A stretch of 14,862 nt of DNA from Chlamydiae bacterium RIFCSPHIGHO2_12_FULL_49_11 (GTDB lineage: Bacteria; Chlamydiota; Chlamydiia; Chlamydiales; 2-12-FULL-49-11), in contig MGLW01000026.1 of assembly GCA_001794905.1 (NCBI GenBank), forward strand, positions 10,266 through 25,127, in the 5' to 3' direction. This document shows, one piece after another, positions 1 through 7,350 of this stretch (its first letter is position 1; each line of letters starts with the position of its first letter). Position numbers and translations under genes: made by a program. The notes beneath the pieces were generated by a model, which saw only the letters and a program-made list of their open reading frames with translations, did no database searches and was not told the origin of the DNA.

Positions 1-769
1 GGGTTTCGGGAATTTTGATGTGTGTGTTGATTGTTGCAAGCTCGTAACTCATCAGGGCATTATCATAGTCGCCAAGAAGGCGCTCCTTGAGTCCGCCGCT
101 TTCCAATGTATCGATGTTTTCGTAAAGGCTCTTGAGGCTCTTGTATTCGGAGAGGAGGCGTGCTGCAGTTTTAGGACCGATGCCTTTCACGCCCGGGATA
201 TTGTCGGAAGCGTCGCCTATCAGGGCAAGATAGTCGATGATCTGCGAGGGAGTGACTCCGTAAATTTCTTCGACTTTTCCGGGATCTACTTCGAGATTGT
301 CTTTGTGAGTCTGGATAATGTGCACGTTGTCGCTGACGAGCTGGCACAAATCTTTGTCGCTCGAGCACAGATATACATTCATTTTGTGTTTTTCCGCCCA
401 ACGGGCGATCGATCCGATGGCGTCGTCGGCTTCGATGCCGCTGATTTCTTCGGTTTGAATTCCCTGGCATTTACAATATTCTTTGGCAAGGTCCAGCTGC
501 GCGAACAAGTCTTCGGGCATACCGGTGCGGTGGCTTTTATATTCTTTGTAGATGTCGGTACGGGATTTTTTGTTTTCGGGACCGTCAAAGACACACACGA
601 AATATTCGGGTGCAAAATCTTTGATGATTTTTTGTATGCTACGAATGAAGCCGAAAAGAGCGCCGGTAGAAACCCCTTTTTTATTGCTCATATTCCGGAT
701 GGCAAAATAGCTCCGGAACAGGTAGTTAGCCGCGTCGACGATGAACAGCTTTTTATGGTCTTCTTTCAT
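1..769 (-). CDS. polA: DNA polymerase I, N-terminal 5'-3' exonuclease domain (partial; runs off the left edge; absent from ORF track)
   Basis: My translation from ATG 769 gives MKEDHKKLFIVDAANYLFRSYFAIRNM...TGALFGFIRS...EADDAIGSIA...SSDKDLCQL...GDASDNIPGVKGIGPKTA, the typical FEN/PolA motifs including the H3TH loop. The ATG overlaps the sppA stop (ATGA, 766-769). The polymerase domain lies outside the window. Confidence 0.93.
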   Translation of the reverse strand, partial: MKEDHKKLFIVDAANYLFRSYFAIRNMSNKKGVSTGALFGFIRSIQKIIKDFAPEYFVCVFDGPENKKSRTDIYKEYKSHRTGMPEDLFAQLDLAKEYCKCQGIQTEEISGIEADDAIGSIARWAEKHKMNVYLCSSDKDLCQLVSDNVHIIQTHKDNLEVDPGKVEEIYGVTPSQIIDYLALIGDASDNIPGVKGIGPKTAARLLSEYKSLKSLYENIDTLESGGLKERLLGDYDNALMSYELATINTHIKIPET

Positions 770-1815
770 TCCAAAATATAGAAAAACTTGTCGTTGCAAC
801 CGAGGTAGCGCGCCTGACTGCCGAATGTCACCATCTCAAGCCACGTCATGAGCCGCATGGAAAGAAAAGAGCGGAGCGTCCAAGCGTTTTCGTTGAAAGT
901 GATGATCTGGAAATTGGCATCGTCGGCAAGATCGCTTTTTTTCACAAGGGCACTGACACAGTCGAAATAGGTCGCGTTTCCGTTATCGATGTAGCCATAT
1001 TTATGGGCTAAGTCGGGAGGAAATATTTGGGCGCCGTATTCACCCGTAAGTTTTTCTTTGGTGATTCCTTGCGCGGTGCGGGCAGCAACGACGATATCGA
1101 CAAAAATGGCGTACATCGCCCCCATGCATGTTTTCCACCCGTTCAAGCTGGGCAGGTTTTCGTAATTGTCAGGAAGCTTTTCAAGGAAGGGGAAGGCTTC
1201 CTTATCTTTTCCCATGGAGAGGGTCACCGCTTTGACGCCGTACTTGCTTGCTAAGCCTTCCACGTTAAAGAACGGTCCTGTTAGAACGCCAACCGATCCG
1301 ATGATCGAGATGGGGGAGGTAAAAATCTGTTCTGCAGCGCACGCGATATAATAGGCTCCCGACGCACATATTCCGTTTACGTAAGCAAAAACGGGGACGT
1401 TCTGCTTTTGTCGGAATGCTTTCAGGGCGCGGTAGATGGAATCGCTATCGGTAACGGTGCCCCCGGGAGAATTGATGTTGAGAATGATTCCTTTCAGGTT
1501 ATTGACATTGAGCGGCGCTTTGATGGCATAGCGCAGCATCCGGTCGACATCTTCGGAAGCGATCCCATTTTGCATTCCGATCACGTCATCGATCGAGATT
1601 TGTAAAAAGTAGGGCAGAGTTGGGTCGTACATCGTGTTGCTATTGCGCTCGGTGGGGACTACGGCCATCTTGAGTCCGTACGCGGCAAAGCGCGAAGTAT
1701 CGGAATTGAAGACGGCGGAAATCGCAATCAGTCCGATTAAGATTCCGAACATGGAGACAATGGCTTTTAGGAAGGATCGGAGTGCCGATTTCCAGATTGA
1801 TTCGTGGCCGTTCAT
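766..1815 (-). CDS. sppA: S49 family signal peptide peptidase (SppA / chlamydial SohB-type)
   Basis: N-terminal TM helix, INSPGG, CASGAYYIA (catalytic Ser), GSVGV and GKDK (candidate catalytic Lys). ATGA overlaps with pgsA and polA. Confidence 0.92.
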   Translation of the reverse strand: MNGHESIWKSALRSFLKAIVSMFGILIGLIAISAVFNSDTSRFAAYGLKMAVVPTERNSNTMYDPTLPYFLQISIDDVIGMQNGIASEDVDRMLRYAIKAPLNVNNLKGIILNINSPGGTVTDSDSIYRALKAFRQKQNVPVFAYVNGICASGAYYIACAAEQIFTSPISIIGSVGVLTGPFFNVEGLASKYGVKAVTLSMGKDKEAFPFLEKLPDNYENLPSLNGWKTCMGAMYAIFVDIVVAARTAQGITKEKLTGEYGAQIFPPDLAHKYGYIDNGNATYFDCVSALVKKSDLADDANFQIITFNENAWTLRSFLSMRLMTWLEMVTFGSQARYLGCNDKFFYILE

Positions 1816-2342
1816 TTGGGGATAACCTCGGGTTTAAAGGATTTGGGAGTTTTTTTAAGACGGACAATGAGTTCGATCAAGATCGCAATGTCGAGCACAA
1901 AAAAACTCAGATAAATGAAATTATAGACGGGAAGATGGAGAGAAAGCAAAATCAAAACGCCAAATTGCAGGGCGGTTGTGATTTTACCCGATACAAGAGA
2001 GGTATAGGGAAAATCGCGCCACCGACCTAGTGCAAGGACAAGAAAAGCAAAGAGAAATAGGACGCCGTCACGCGATAAAAAAGCGACAAACTGCCAGGGG
2101 GATAAAATCTTTTCATAAAACAGGACGCCGATGACAAAACACATGAAAAACTTGTCCATCAGCGGATCGAGAACGGCTCCAAATTTCGTCGTATGCTTGT
2201 AGCGCCTTGCAAAGTAGCCATCGGTCACATCGGTGATGATGGCAAGAGCGACAACAACCCATCGAAATTGGTAGGAACTGAGTAAGAAGAGCAAGGCAAG
2301 GGGCGCCCTGAGAATAGACAATCCGTTCGAAAGGGTAAACAT
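1812..2342 (-). CDS. pgsA: CDP-alcohol phosphatidyltransferase (PgsA-type CDP-diacylglycerol--glycerol-3-phosphate 3-phosphatidyltransferase)
   Basis: Signature DVTDGYFARR-x5-KFGAVLDPLMDK in a hydrophobic protein. ATG 2342 (MFTLSNGLSILR) is preferred over the TTG at 2363. Confidence 0.9.
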   Translation of the reverse strand: MFTLSNGLSILRAPLALLFLLSSYQFRWVVVALAIITDVTDGYFARRYKHTTKFGAVLDPLMDKFFMCFVIGVLFYEKILSPWQFVAFLSRDGVLFLFAFLVLALGRWRDFPYTSLVSGKITTALQFGVLILLSLHLPVYNFIYLSFFVLDIAILIELIVRLKKTPKSFKPEVIPK

Positions 2343-2369
2343 GTTAAGTTGAGCATACCACAAACTGAT

Positions 2370-3932
2370 TTAGACAGTCGAAACTTTTTCTTTAAGTGGA
2401 GCGGCAGGGGCGCTTGGAGTTCCTTCGTCTTCCGAAAGCTCTCGAAACTGTTTGCCTAGCGCGCGCACGGCGGCAATCCAGGCTGCGACAACTCCGCACA
2501 GGATCAGAGCGATAAAAGGAGCACTGAAGGCAAGGGTGGAGAAAGAGACGAGGAGTACGTTATGGATGACCGAACCGCCCGTTTTGCCGAGGCGCGAGCC
2601 GATGCCGTCGATCGCAGCTTTTCCTTTGAGCTTGGCTTCGGCGGGGAGCGGGATGAAGGCCATTTCTTTGGTCACGTCGAAGAAAGTGAATTTGGAAGCG
2701 CGCGAGAATGTGTTATTGAGGGTTCCCCAGAAGACGGCGATTGCCAGTGGTGTTGTGCCGAGGAAGGTAGCAACGGTAAGAACGAGGTTCGTGTGTTCGA
2801 AGAGAAGGAAAAAGAAGAAAAGCAACCCTGTGACACCGATGATGATAGGGGTAAAATACGCCCCCGCGCTCCATCCAAAGAGACGGATGGTTTGCCGGCA
2901 GAAGAATAGGGAAAAGACGGTGGCGGTCAGTCCGATGTAAAGGGCGACCTGTTCGTTATAATTGCTGAAGTCGGTAGGGTTGGGGAAGAGCTTATGGATT
3001 TGATCTTTCCAGATCACTTCGATCATAGTAAGAGAAATATTAAAACCGAGGACGAGGATTGCGATATATATGAGGTATTTGGATTTCATGAGATAAGCAA
3101 AATTTGTTCTGAGGCTCATCTTCTCTTTTTTCGAATGGGTTTCGTCAAAGGGGCGGCTCTCGACAATTTCTTTCCGGAAGATATGATGTGTGAGCCAGTG
3201 GTACAGGCCGATCACAATCACTCCGACGATGGCGATCACGATCGAGATAAACATTAATTTTGCCCCCCAATCGTCGTGGGAGTAGCTTGCAAGTTTTTTG
3301 TACATGGTGCTCGAGAGCCAGTACCCGGGCAAAATTCCGACCAGGGTGGTGGCTATGTTAGCACCGAGTCCGTAAATACCGTAGAAGCGGCGTGCATCTT
3401 TGACGGAGGTGACCTCATTGGCAAAGGCCCAAAAGAGGACCGTCATCACAATGGCGCCCCACAACTCAGCCATGACATAGAAGAGGGAGAAAGACCAATT
3501 TTGAAAAACGGCGATCATGCCCCAGAGCCCTTTAGGGGAATGAGCGCGCAAAGAATTTCCCAAAGCGGTTGGATGCAAGACGTCGCGGAAAGGGTAGAGA
3601 ACAAAGGCAAACACCACGAAAAAAACGAGGAATATGCTGATCATGATGTAAAATACTTTTTCACGGGAATAACGGTTGGAAAGGCGGGTAAAAAGGAATG
3701 TTCCCGCAAAGGCCATGGGGAGGATAAACCAAATTTTGAGGAAAGGGAGGGCGATCGCGCCCGAATCGGGGGCGGTGATGACAAGAGGATCTTTCACAGT
3801 GCGTAATAGGCTGTAGACGAAAGCGATGAGAGAATAGATGAAAAACATGGGCATGAATTTTTTTAATTCAAAACCGTAGATGGGCCACAGAAAGGCACGG
3901 AGTTTTGAAAGTATCGATGAAGGGGGGGTCAT
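2370..3932 (-). CDS. npt2: TLC/NTT family nucleotide transporter (Npt1/Npt2 family, probably Npt2-like)
   Basis: Multi-TM protein with LWPI..ELKKF.PM, LLR..KD.LV, FYVMAELWG, LFWAFANEVT, KEMAFIPL and KGKAAIDG..SRLGKTGG. ATG 3932 (GGGGT upstream) is preferred over GTG 3956. The family is secure; the subtype is inferred. Confidence 0.92.
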   Translation of the reverse strand: MTPPSSILSKLRAFLWPIYGFELKKFMPMFFIYSLIAFVYSLLRTVKDPLVITAPDSGAIALPFLKIWFILPMAFAGTFLFTRLSNRYSREKVFYIMISIFLVFFVVFAFVLYPFRDVLHPTALGNSLRAHSPKGLWGMIAVFQNWSFSLFYVMAELWGAIVMTVLFWAFANEVTSVKDARRFYGIYGLGANIATTLVGILPGYWLSSTMYKKLASYSHDDWGAKLMFISIVIAIVGVIVIGLYHWLTHHIFRKEIVESRPFDETHSKKEKMSLRTNFAYLMKSKYLIYIAILVLGFNISLTMIEVIWKDQIHKLFPNPTDFSNYNEQVALYIGLTATVFSLFFCRQTIRLFGWSAGAYFTPIIIGVTGLLFFFFLLFEHTNLVLTVATFLGTTPLAIAVFWGTLNNTFSRASKFTFFDVTKEMAFIPLPAEAKLKGKAAIDGIGSRLGKTGGSVIHNVLLVSFSTLAFSAPFIALILCGVVAAWIAAVRALGKQFRELSEDEGTPSAPAAPLKEKVSTV

Positions 3933-4037
3933 GAAAGATACCCCACGGCAGGCCACGGCCGCTCACTCACCAGTTCGCGCTCCAGGTGGTATAAAGAACA
4001 TTGATTCAATGTTTCTTTCCTGTCTTGTTAGGTTCAT

Positions 4038-4066
4038 ATTATCTCCGATTCCGACATATTTTACAA
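4038..4066 (-). promoter_or_regulatory. Candidate sigma66 promoter for npt-pgsA-sppA-polA
   Basis: Minus strand TTGTAA (4066-4061), 17-nt spacer, GATAAT (4043-4038). Confidence 0.5.
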
Positions 4067-4068
4067 TA

Positions 4069-5304
4069 TTAGAATGCGTAGATAACCTGGACTTGGTATT
4101 TCTTATAGAAAAATTTTGTGGGGAGGAAGTCCATGGAGCGGGCCCACGAAAAATTTTGAGAGATGGTAAAATTATCTGTGATCAGATACAAAAAGTCGGC
4201 GCGCCATCCCCAATAATTATTTTTGCCGGCGGCATTGGCATAAGTGGTCGCAGTGCCCGTACCGTCATATTTCGTATTGTAGAGGCCGACAGCCGCGGCG
4301 TTTCCGATCCCGATGCCGGTAAGGTCAAAGTCGGGGACGGCTTGAGGTTGCACTACCTGGAAGTTGAATGAGGTGGACCAGTCGCCTTTTTTCCGGACGG
4401 TGCCGATCGAAAAGCCGGCGTACCATCCGAGGTTGGCTTTGACGTAATTGGTCACGTCGCGCCCTTTTGCGGCGCTATTGACCAGAAATGCGGCGAAGAC
4501 AGTCGTTGTCTGATGGATATAAGGCATCACAAACTTGTATCCGAGGATAAATTGGCTATTGCAATACCCGAACCGCTCTTCCAGGAACTGGGTAGAAAAT
4601 GACTTTGTGTCCCAATCAATGATTGAATACTTTCCGTAAAGTCCGGTGTTCATGACGTTCAAAATAGCTGTCTCGATTATCCAGGCAAACTGATTCCGTA
4701 CCTGATTGACGACAAACGGCCCGCCGCGAATATAAAAGTCGCCGTAACGTTCCGAGAATTGGTCGTATTTGATGAGAATCCCGTCGAAGGTGGCGGCAAA
4801 TTCGATTTTCGAGTCGAACGAATACCAGAGAGGGCGGCGCCCGAATTCGATATCCAGGGTGAAAAAGCTTGTCCGGGCAAGGCGGCACCCTAAAAAAGCG
4901 CGCGTGAGGGCGATGTTGTCATTGGTGCCATCGGTGGCGCCCATTACGTTATTGTAATCGAGCTTTGCCGAGAGCCATGCGTGAGGCAAGCGGTAATCGA
5001 AGTTCAGGTTGAGTTGGATGTAGAACGTATCATTTGCTTTTGTCGGGTTGAGAGAATTCGAGCCGACGTTTTTGAAGCCGTCTTTAATTTCGCTGATGGT
5101 TCCGTAAATCGTGCGCACATCGCCGGCCAGGGAAAAATTCCCTCCCGTCTGTTGTATCGTGACTTGACGTTTGGTTGCGATCCATTCTTTGAGCTGCGAA
5201 ATTTCGTTGTCGGAAAGAGGAGAAACGTTATCGGCAAACCCATGTACGACGAGAAGAAGAAAGAGCAGCCTGACTATTTTCATACACCACAGGAAGCGTA
5301 CCAT
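4069..5304 (-). CDS. Chlamydial outer-membrane beta-barrel protein, CT623/CPn0729 ('76 kDa homolog')-like putative porin
   Basis: Signal peptide and motifs I recall from CT623: AGDVR, WLSAK, RAFLG, GGPFVVN, DW, KKGDWS, VP.D..GIG.GN, NY.G, ITD. It ends in YAF, a beta-signal. The start could be 5283. Confidence 0.8.
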   Translation of the reverse strand: MVRFLWCMKIVRLLFLLLVVHGFADNVSPLSDNEISQLKEWIATKRQVTIQQTGGNFSLAGDVRTIYGTISEIKDGFKNVGSNSLNPTKANDTFYIQLNLNFDYRLPHAWLSAKLDYNNVMGATDGTNDNIALTRAFLGCRLARTSFFTLDIEFGRRPLWYSFDSKIEFAATFDGILIKYDQFSERYGDFYIRGGPFVVNQVRNQFAWIIETAILNVMNTGLYGKYSIIDWDTKSFSTQFLEERFGYCNSQFILGYKFVMPYIHQTTTVFAAFLVNSAAKGRDVTNYVKANLGWYAGFSIGTVRKKGDWSTSFNFQVVQPQAVPDFDLTGIGIGNAAAVGLYNTKYDGTGTATTYANAAGKNNYWGWRADFLYLITDNFTISQNFSWARSMDFLPTKFFYKKYQVQVIYAF

Positions 5305-5312
5305 TTTTCCAT

Positions 5313-6095
5313 TTAAAAGCCAAAGGTCAAAGTAAGGGCAAGGGCTGTTTCAGTGATCATTCGGACTTGAAACGAGAGGGCAAACAGGTCGTGCGGGGAG
5401 ATGTCGGCACCGATCACAAGGCCCATGCGCGGAGTGTTGATGAAACTCACACTGGAAGCGGAATCAAAGTCCGAGAGAGTGTAATAAGAGGCGGGGAGGC
5501 GGCTCAAAGCGGCGCTTACGTTTTCGTAATAAAATCCGATAAAAGGGGTTAAAAGAGCGGTTGTATATCCGACAAGAACTCCGATCTGGTAATCGGTAAG
5601 GGAAAATTTCGGGGCCTGGACGAACGAGGCTAGCATTCCGTCTGTAAGGAGGGTCTTCATTTTGAAATTCTGCTGCAAATATTTTCCATCGAGAGAAAGG
5701 AGGAAGTTGTGCCAATCTAAGATTATCGCTTTCCCTCCGACCACCCATGGAATGGCCCAATTCGAAAAGAGTTCCAGATAATTGTTGCCCGGGCTCTGCA
5801 AGCTCAGGTCCGTTTTCGCACCTCCCGTCATTACGTAGGCCGAGAAGCGGTGTAAGAAAGTGAAGGCGATATCGGCCATCTCGCTTGTTTCATGAAAGGA
5901 AACGGTGCTATTACCGCCTCCCGCTTGCAATTTACGGTTGAATACGGTATCGAACACAAATGCCGGTTGTACGGTAAAGAAGGTGTTGAAATCGGACCAG
6001 ACTCCTTTTTGAATCAGAGCGGGCCCGTAAGGAGATTCAACGTAAAAACAAAAAAGGCTCGCGTGCAAGAGCAGAGAGAAAAGCCCTTTTCTCAT
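5313..6095 (-). CDS. MOMP/OmpA-PorB-like chlamydial outer-membrane protein (short form)
   Basis: Signal peptide, then segments colinear with MOMP as I recall it: D.VF.R.L, RF..Y...G, W.VG.KA, YQIG..VGY....LTPFIG, G..IG......FAL..QVRMI.E.A and a C-terminal F. Confidence 0.72.
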   Translation of the reverse strand: MRKGLFSLLLHASLFCFYVESPYGPALIQKGVWSDFNTFFTVQPAFVFDTVFNRKLQAGGGNSTVSFHETSEMADIAFTFLHRFSAYVMTGGAKTDLSLQSPGNNYLELFSNWAIPWVVGGKAIILDWHNFLLSLDGKYLQQNFKMKTLLTDGMLASFVQAPKFSLTDYQIGVLVGYTTALLTPFIGFYYENVSAALSRLPASYYTLSDFDSASSVSFINTPRMGLVIGADISPHDLFALSFQVRMITETALALTLTFGF

Positions 6096-6097
6096 CG

Positions 6098-6355
6098 TTA
6101 CTTGACACGTTTTGCAAGACGCGACTTGAGTCGGGACGCTTTATTTGGCTTAATGACGCCCGATTTTGCCGCTTTATCCAAAATGCTAAAGAGAGTACCA
6201 AGACCGTCTCTGGTGGTTTCTTTTTCAAATTTGACACGCTGGGTATGAAGTTTCGATTTTTTCATCCGGTTGTTCAAACTTTTTTTTGCATCTTGTTTTT
6301 GACGCTTGAGCGCAGTAGGGGCTTTTTTCTTGCCTGGTGCTTTTTCTTCTGCCAT
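6098..6355 (-). CDS. rpsT: 30S ribosomal protein S20
   Basis: TALKRQKQ..K...NR..KSKL.T and LDKAAKSGVIKPNKASRLKSRL. ATG 6355 has AAGGT upstream. The ORF-track start at 6391 falls within the predicted promoter. Confidence 0.97.
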   Translation of the reverse strand: MAEEKAPGKKKAPTALKRQKQDAKKSLNNRMKKSKLHTQRVKFEKETTRDGLGTLFSILDKAAKSGVIKPNKASRLKSRLAKRVK

Positions 6356-6381
6356 AGTAGACCTTGAGTTAATTGTAAAAC

Positions 6382-6410
6382 AATGTAACATAGTTCATAT
6401 TATACTGCAA
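6382..6410 (-). promoter_or_regulatory. Candidate sigma66 promoter for rpsT and the downstream porin genes
   Basis: Minus strand TTGCAG (6410-6405), 17-nt spacer ending in TGn, TACATT (6387-6382). Confidence 0.5.
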
Positions 6411-6418
6411 GGGATTCC

Positions 6419-6868
6419 ATGGTGCAGATCGAGCGGATCAAAACTTTTTTACGAGATCGCCCTTTTCTTTTTCTTAAAATGATCACCTTAACGGTTGCGC
6501 TTTTCTATTCGGGAAAAATTTTTCATGAAATGGCTTTTTTTTTGATTTGTGACCGCCCTACTCATTTCCGGCACGTGGAATATGAAGTGACCGATTCGGG
6601 GGAAAAGGCTGCCGTCACTCTCCGTTTTGAGGCCGGCGGCAAGCGAAAATCCCTTACCCTGCCCAAAAAATTTTATAACCGGGAAGTGGCAGCCGAGGCG
6701 GTTTTAAAGATGGAGAAGGAGGGGGCGCACATCATGCAAGGAAAATTTTTAGGATGGCAGCTCTATGCGATTGATCCGAAAATTCCCGTGAAATATGGCT
6801 GTTACCTCCTGATTACAGTGATTGTCCTTGTCTATTTCAGGGTTTTGGAAAAGCGGCTCTCCAAATAA
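6419..6868 (+). CDS. Hypothetical membrane protein with two TM helices flanking a small beta-rich domain (DUF3592-like architecture)
   Basis: Hydrophobic segments LFLKMITLTVALFY and YGCYLLITVIVLVYF. AAGGGA lies upstream of the ATG. It fills the gap between rpsT and the CoiA-like gene. The DUF resemblance is architectural only. Confidence 0.7.
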   Translation: MVQIERIKTFLRDRPFLFLKMITLTVALFYSGKIFHEMAFFLICDRPTHFRHVEYEVTDSGEKAAVTLRFEAGGKRKSLTLPKKFYNREVAAEAVLKMEKEGAHIMQGKFLGWQLYAIDPKIPVKYGCYLLITVIVLVYFRVLEKRLSK

Positions 6869-7350
6869 CGGGTGAGAAACCTATCGACTTTGCTGAGGAG
6901 AGAAGGCTTTTTTATCGGCTCGTCGTGCCGGTCTCCCGGGCAGCGTAGCGTGCCATGCTTTTTCTCAAGAAGGTTGAGATCGAGCAGCAAAGGGGGAGAA
7001 CGATAGGTCCGAAGCCTTCCTCGAAATTGTTCCGATTGGTCAAAGACATGGACATCGGCGGCGGTGGGGAGGATAAAATACGAGCTTGCAAAACGGAGCG
7101 CTCCCTCTTCCGGTTTTAAAAATTTTTGATTGTAGCGGCGCGGATGAAGCAGCCACAGCGTGTCATAGCCGTATGAGGCAAAACAAAGGGTGCGATCCTT
7201 CACCTCTTCTTTGGTGATGGGGGATATCTGGATTTCGATCACAAGCCGTTTTTCCGGCCACAGAAGATCGGCCCTGTGGGCGCCGAGAGAAATTTCTTTT
7301 TTAAGGTGATATTTTTTTTGAAGCCGGGCCTGGATCTCGGTGTGGTTCAT
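6832..7350 (-). CDS. CoiA-family PD-(D/E)xK-type nuclease domain protein, lacking the N-terminal Zn-ribbon
   Basis: E-x6-RADLLW-x5-VIEIQISPI-x5-DRT-x5-GY...WLL matches the CoiA nuclease core pattern. The ATG overlaps the upstream small-ORF stop (ATGA). Confidence 0.75.
   Translation of the reverse strand: MNHTEIQARLQKKYHLKKEISLGAHRADLLWPEKRLVIEIQISPITKEEVKDRTLCFASYGYDTLWLLHPRRYNQKFLKPEEGALRFASSYFILPTAADVHVFDQSEQFRGRLRTYRSPPLLLDLNLLEKKHGTLRCPGDRHDEPIKKPSLLSKVDRFLTRYLESRFSKTLK

Noticed and set aside
20..781. 253-aa + strand ORF in the track
   Set aside because: Antisense shadow of polA, whose motifs are unambiguous on the minus strand.
3922..3928. G7 run near the npt start, also T9 at 6535-6543 and T8 at 6280-6287, as phase-variation tracts
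   Set aside because: The runs are short, the frames are intact and homopolymers are common throughout the window.
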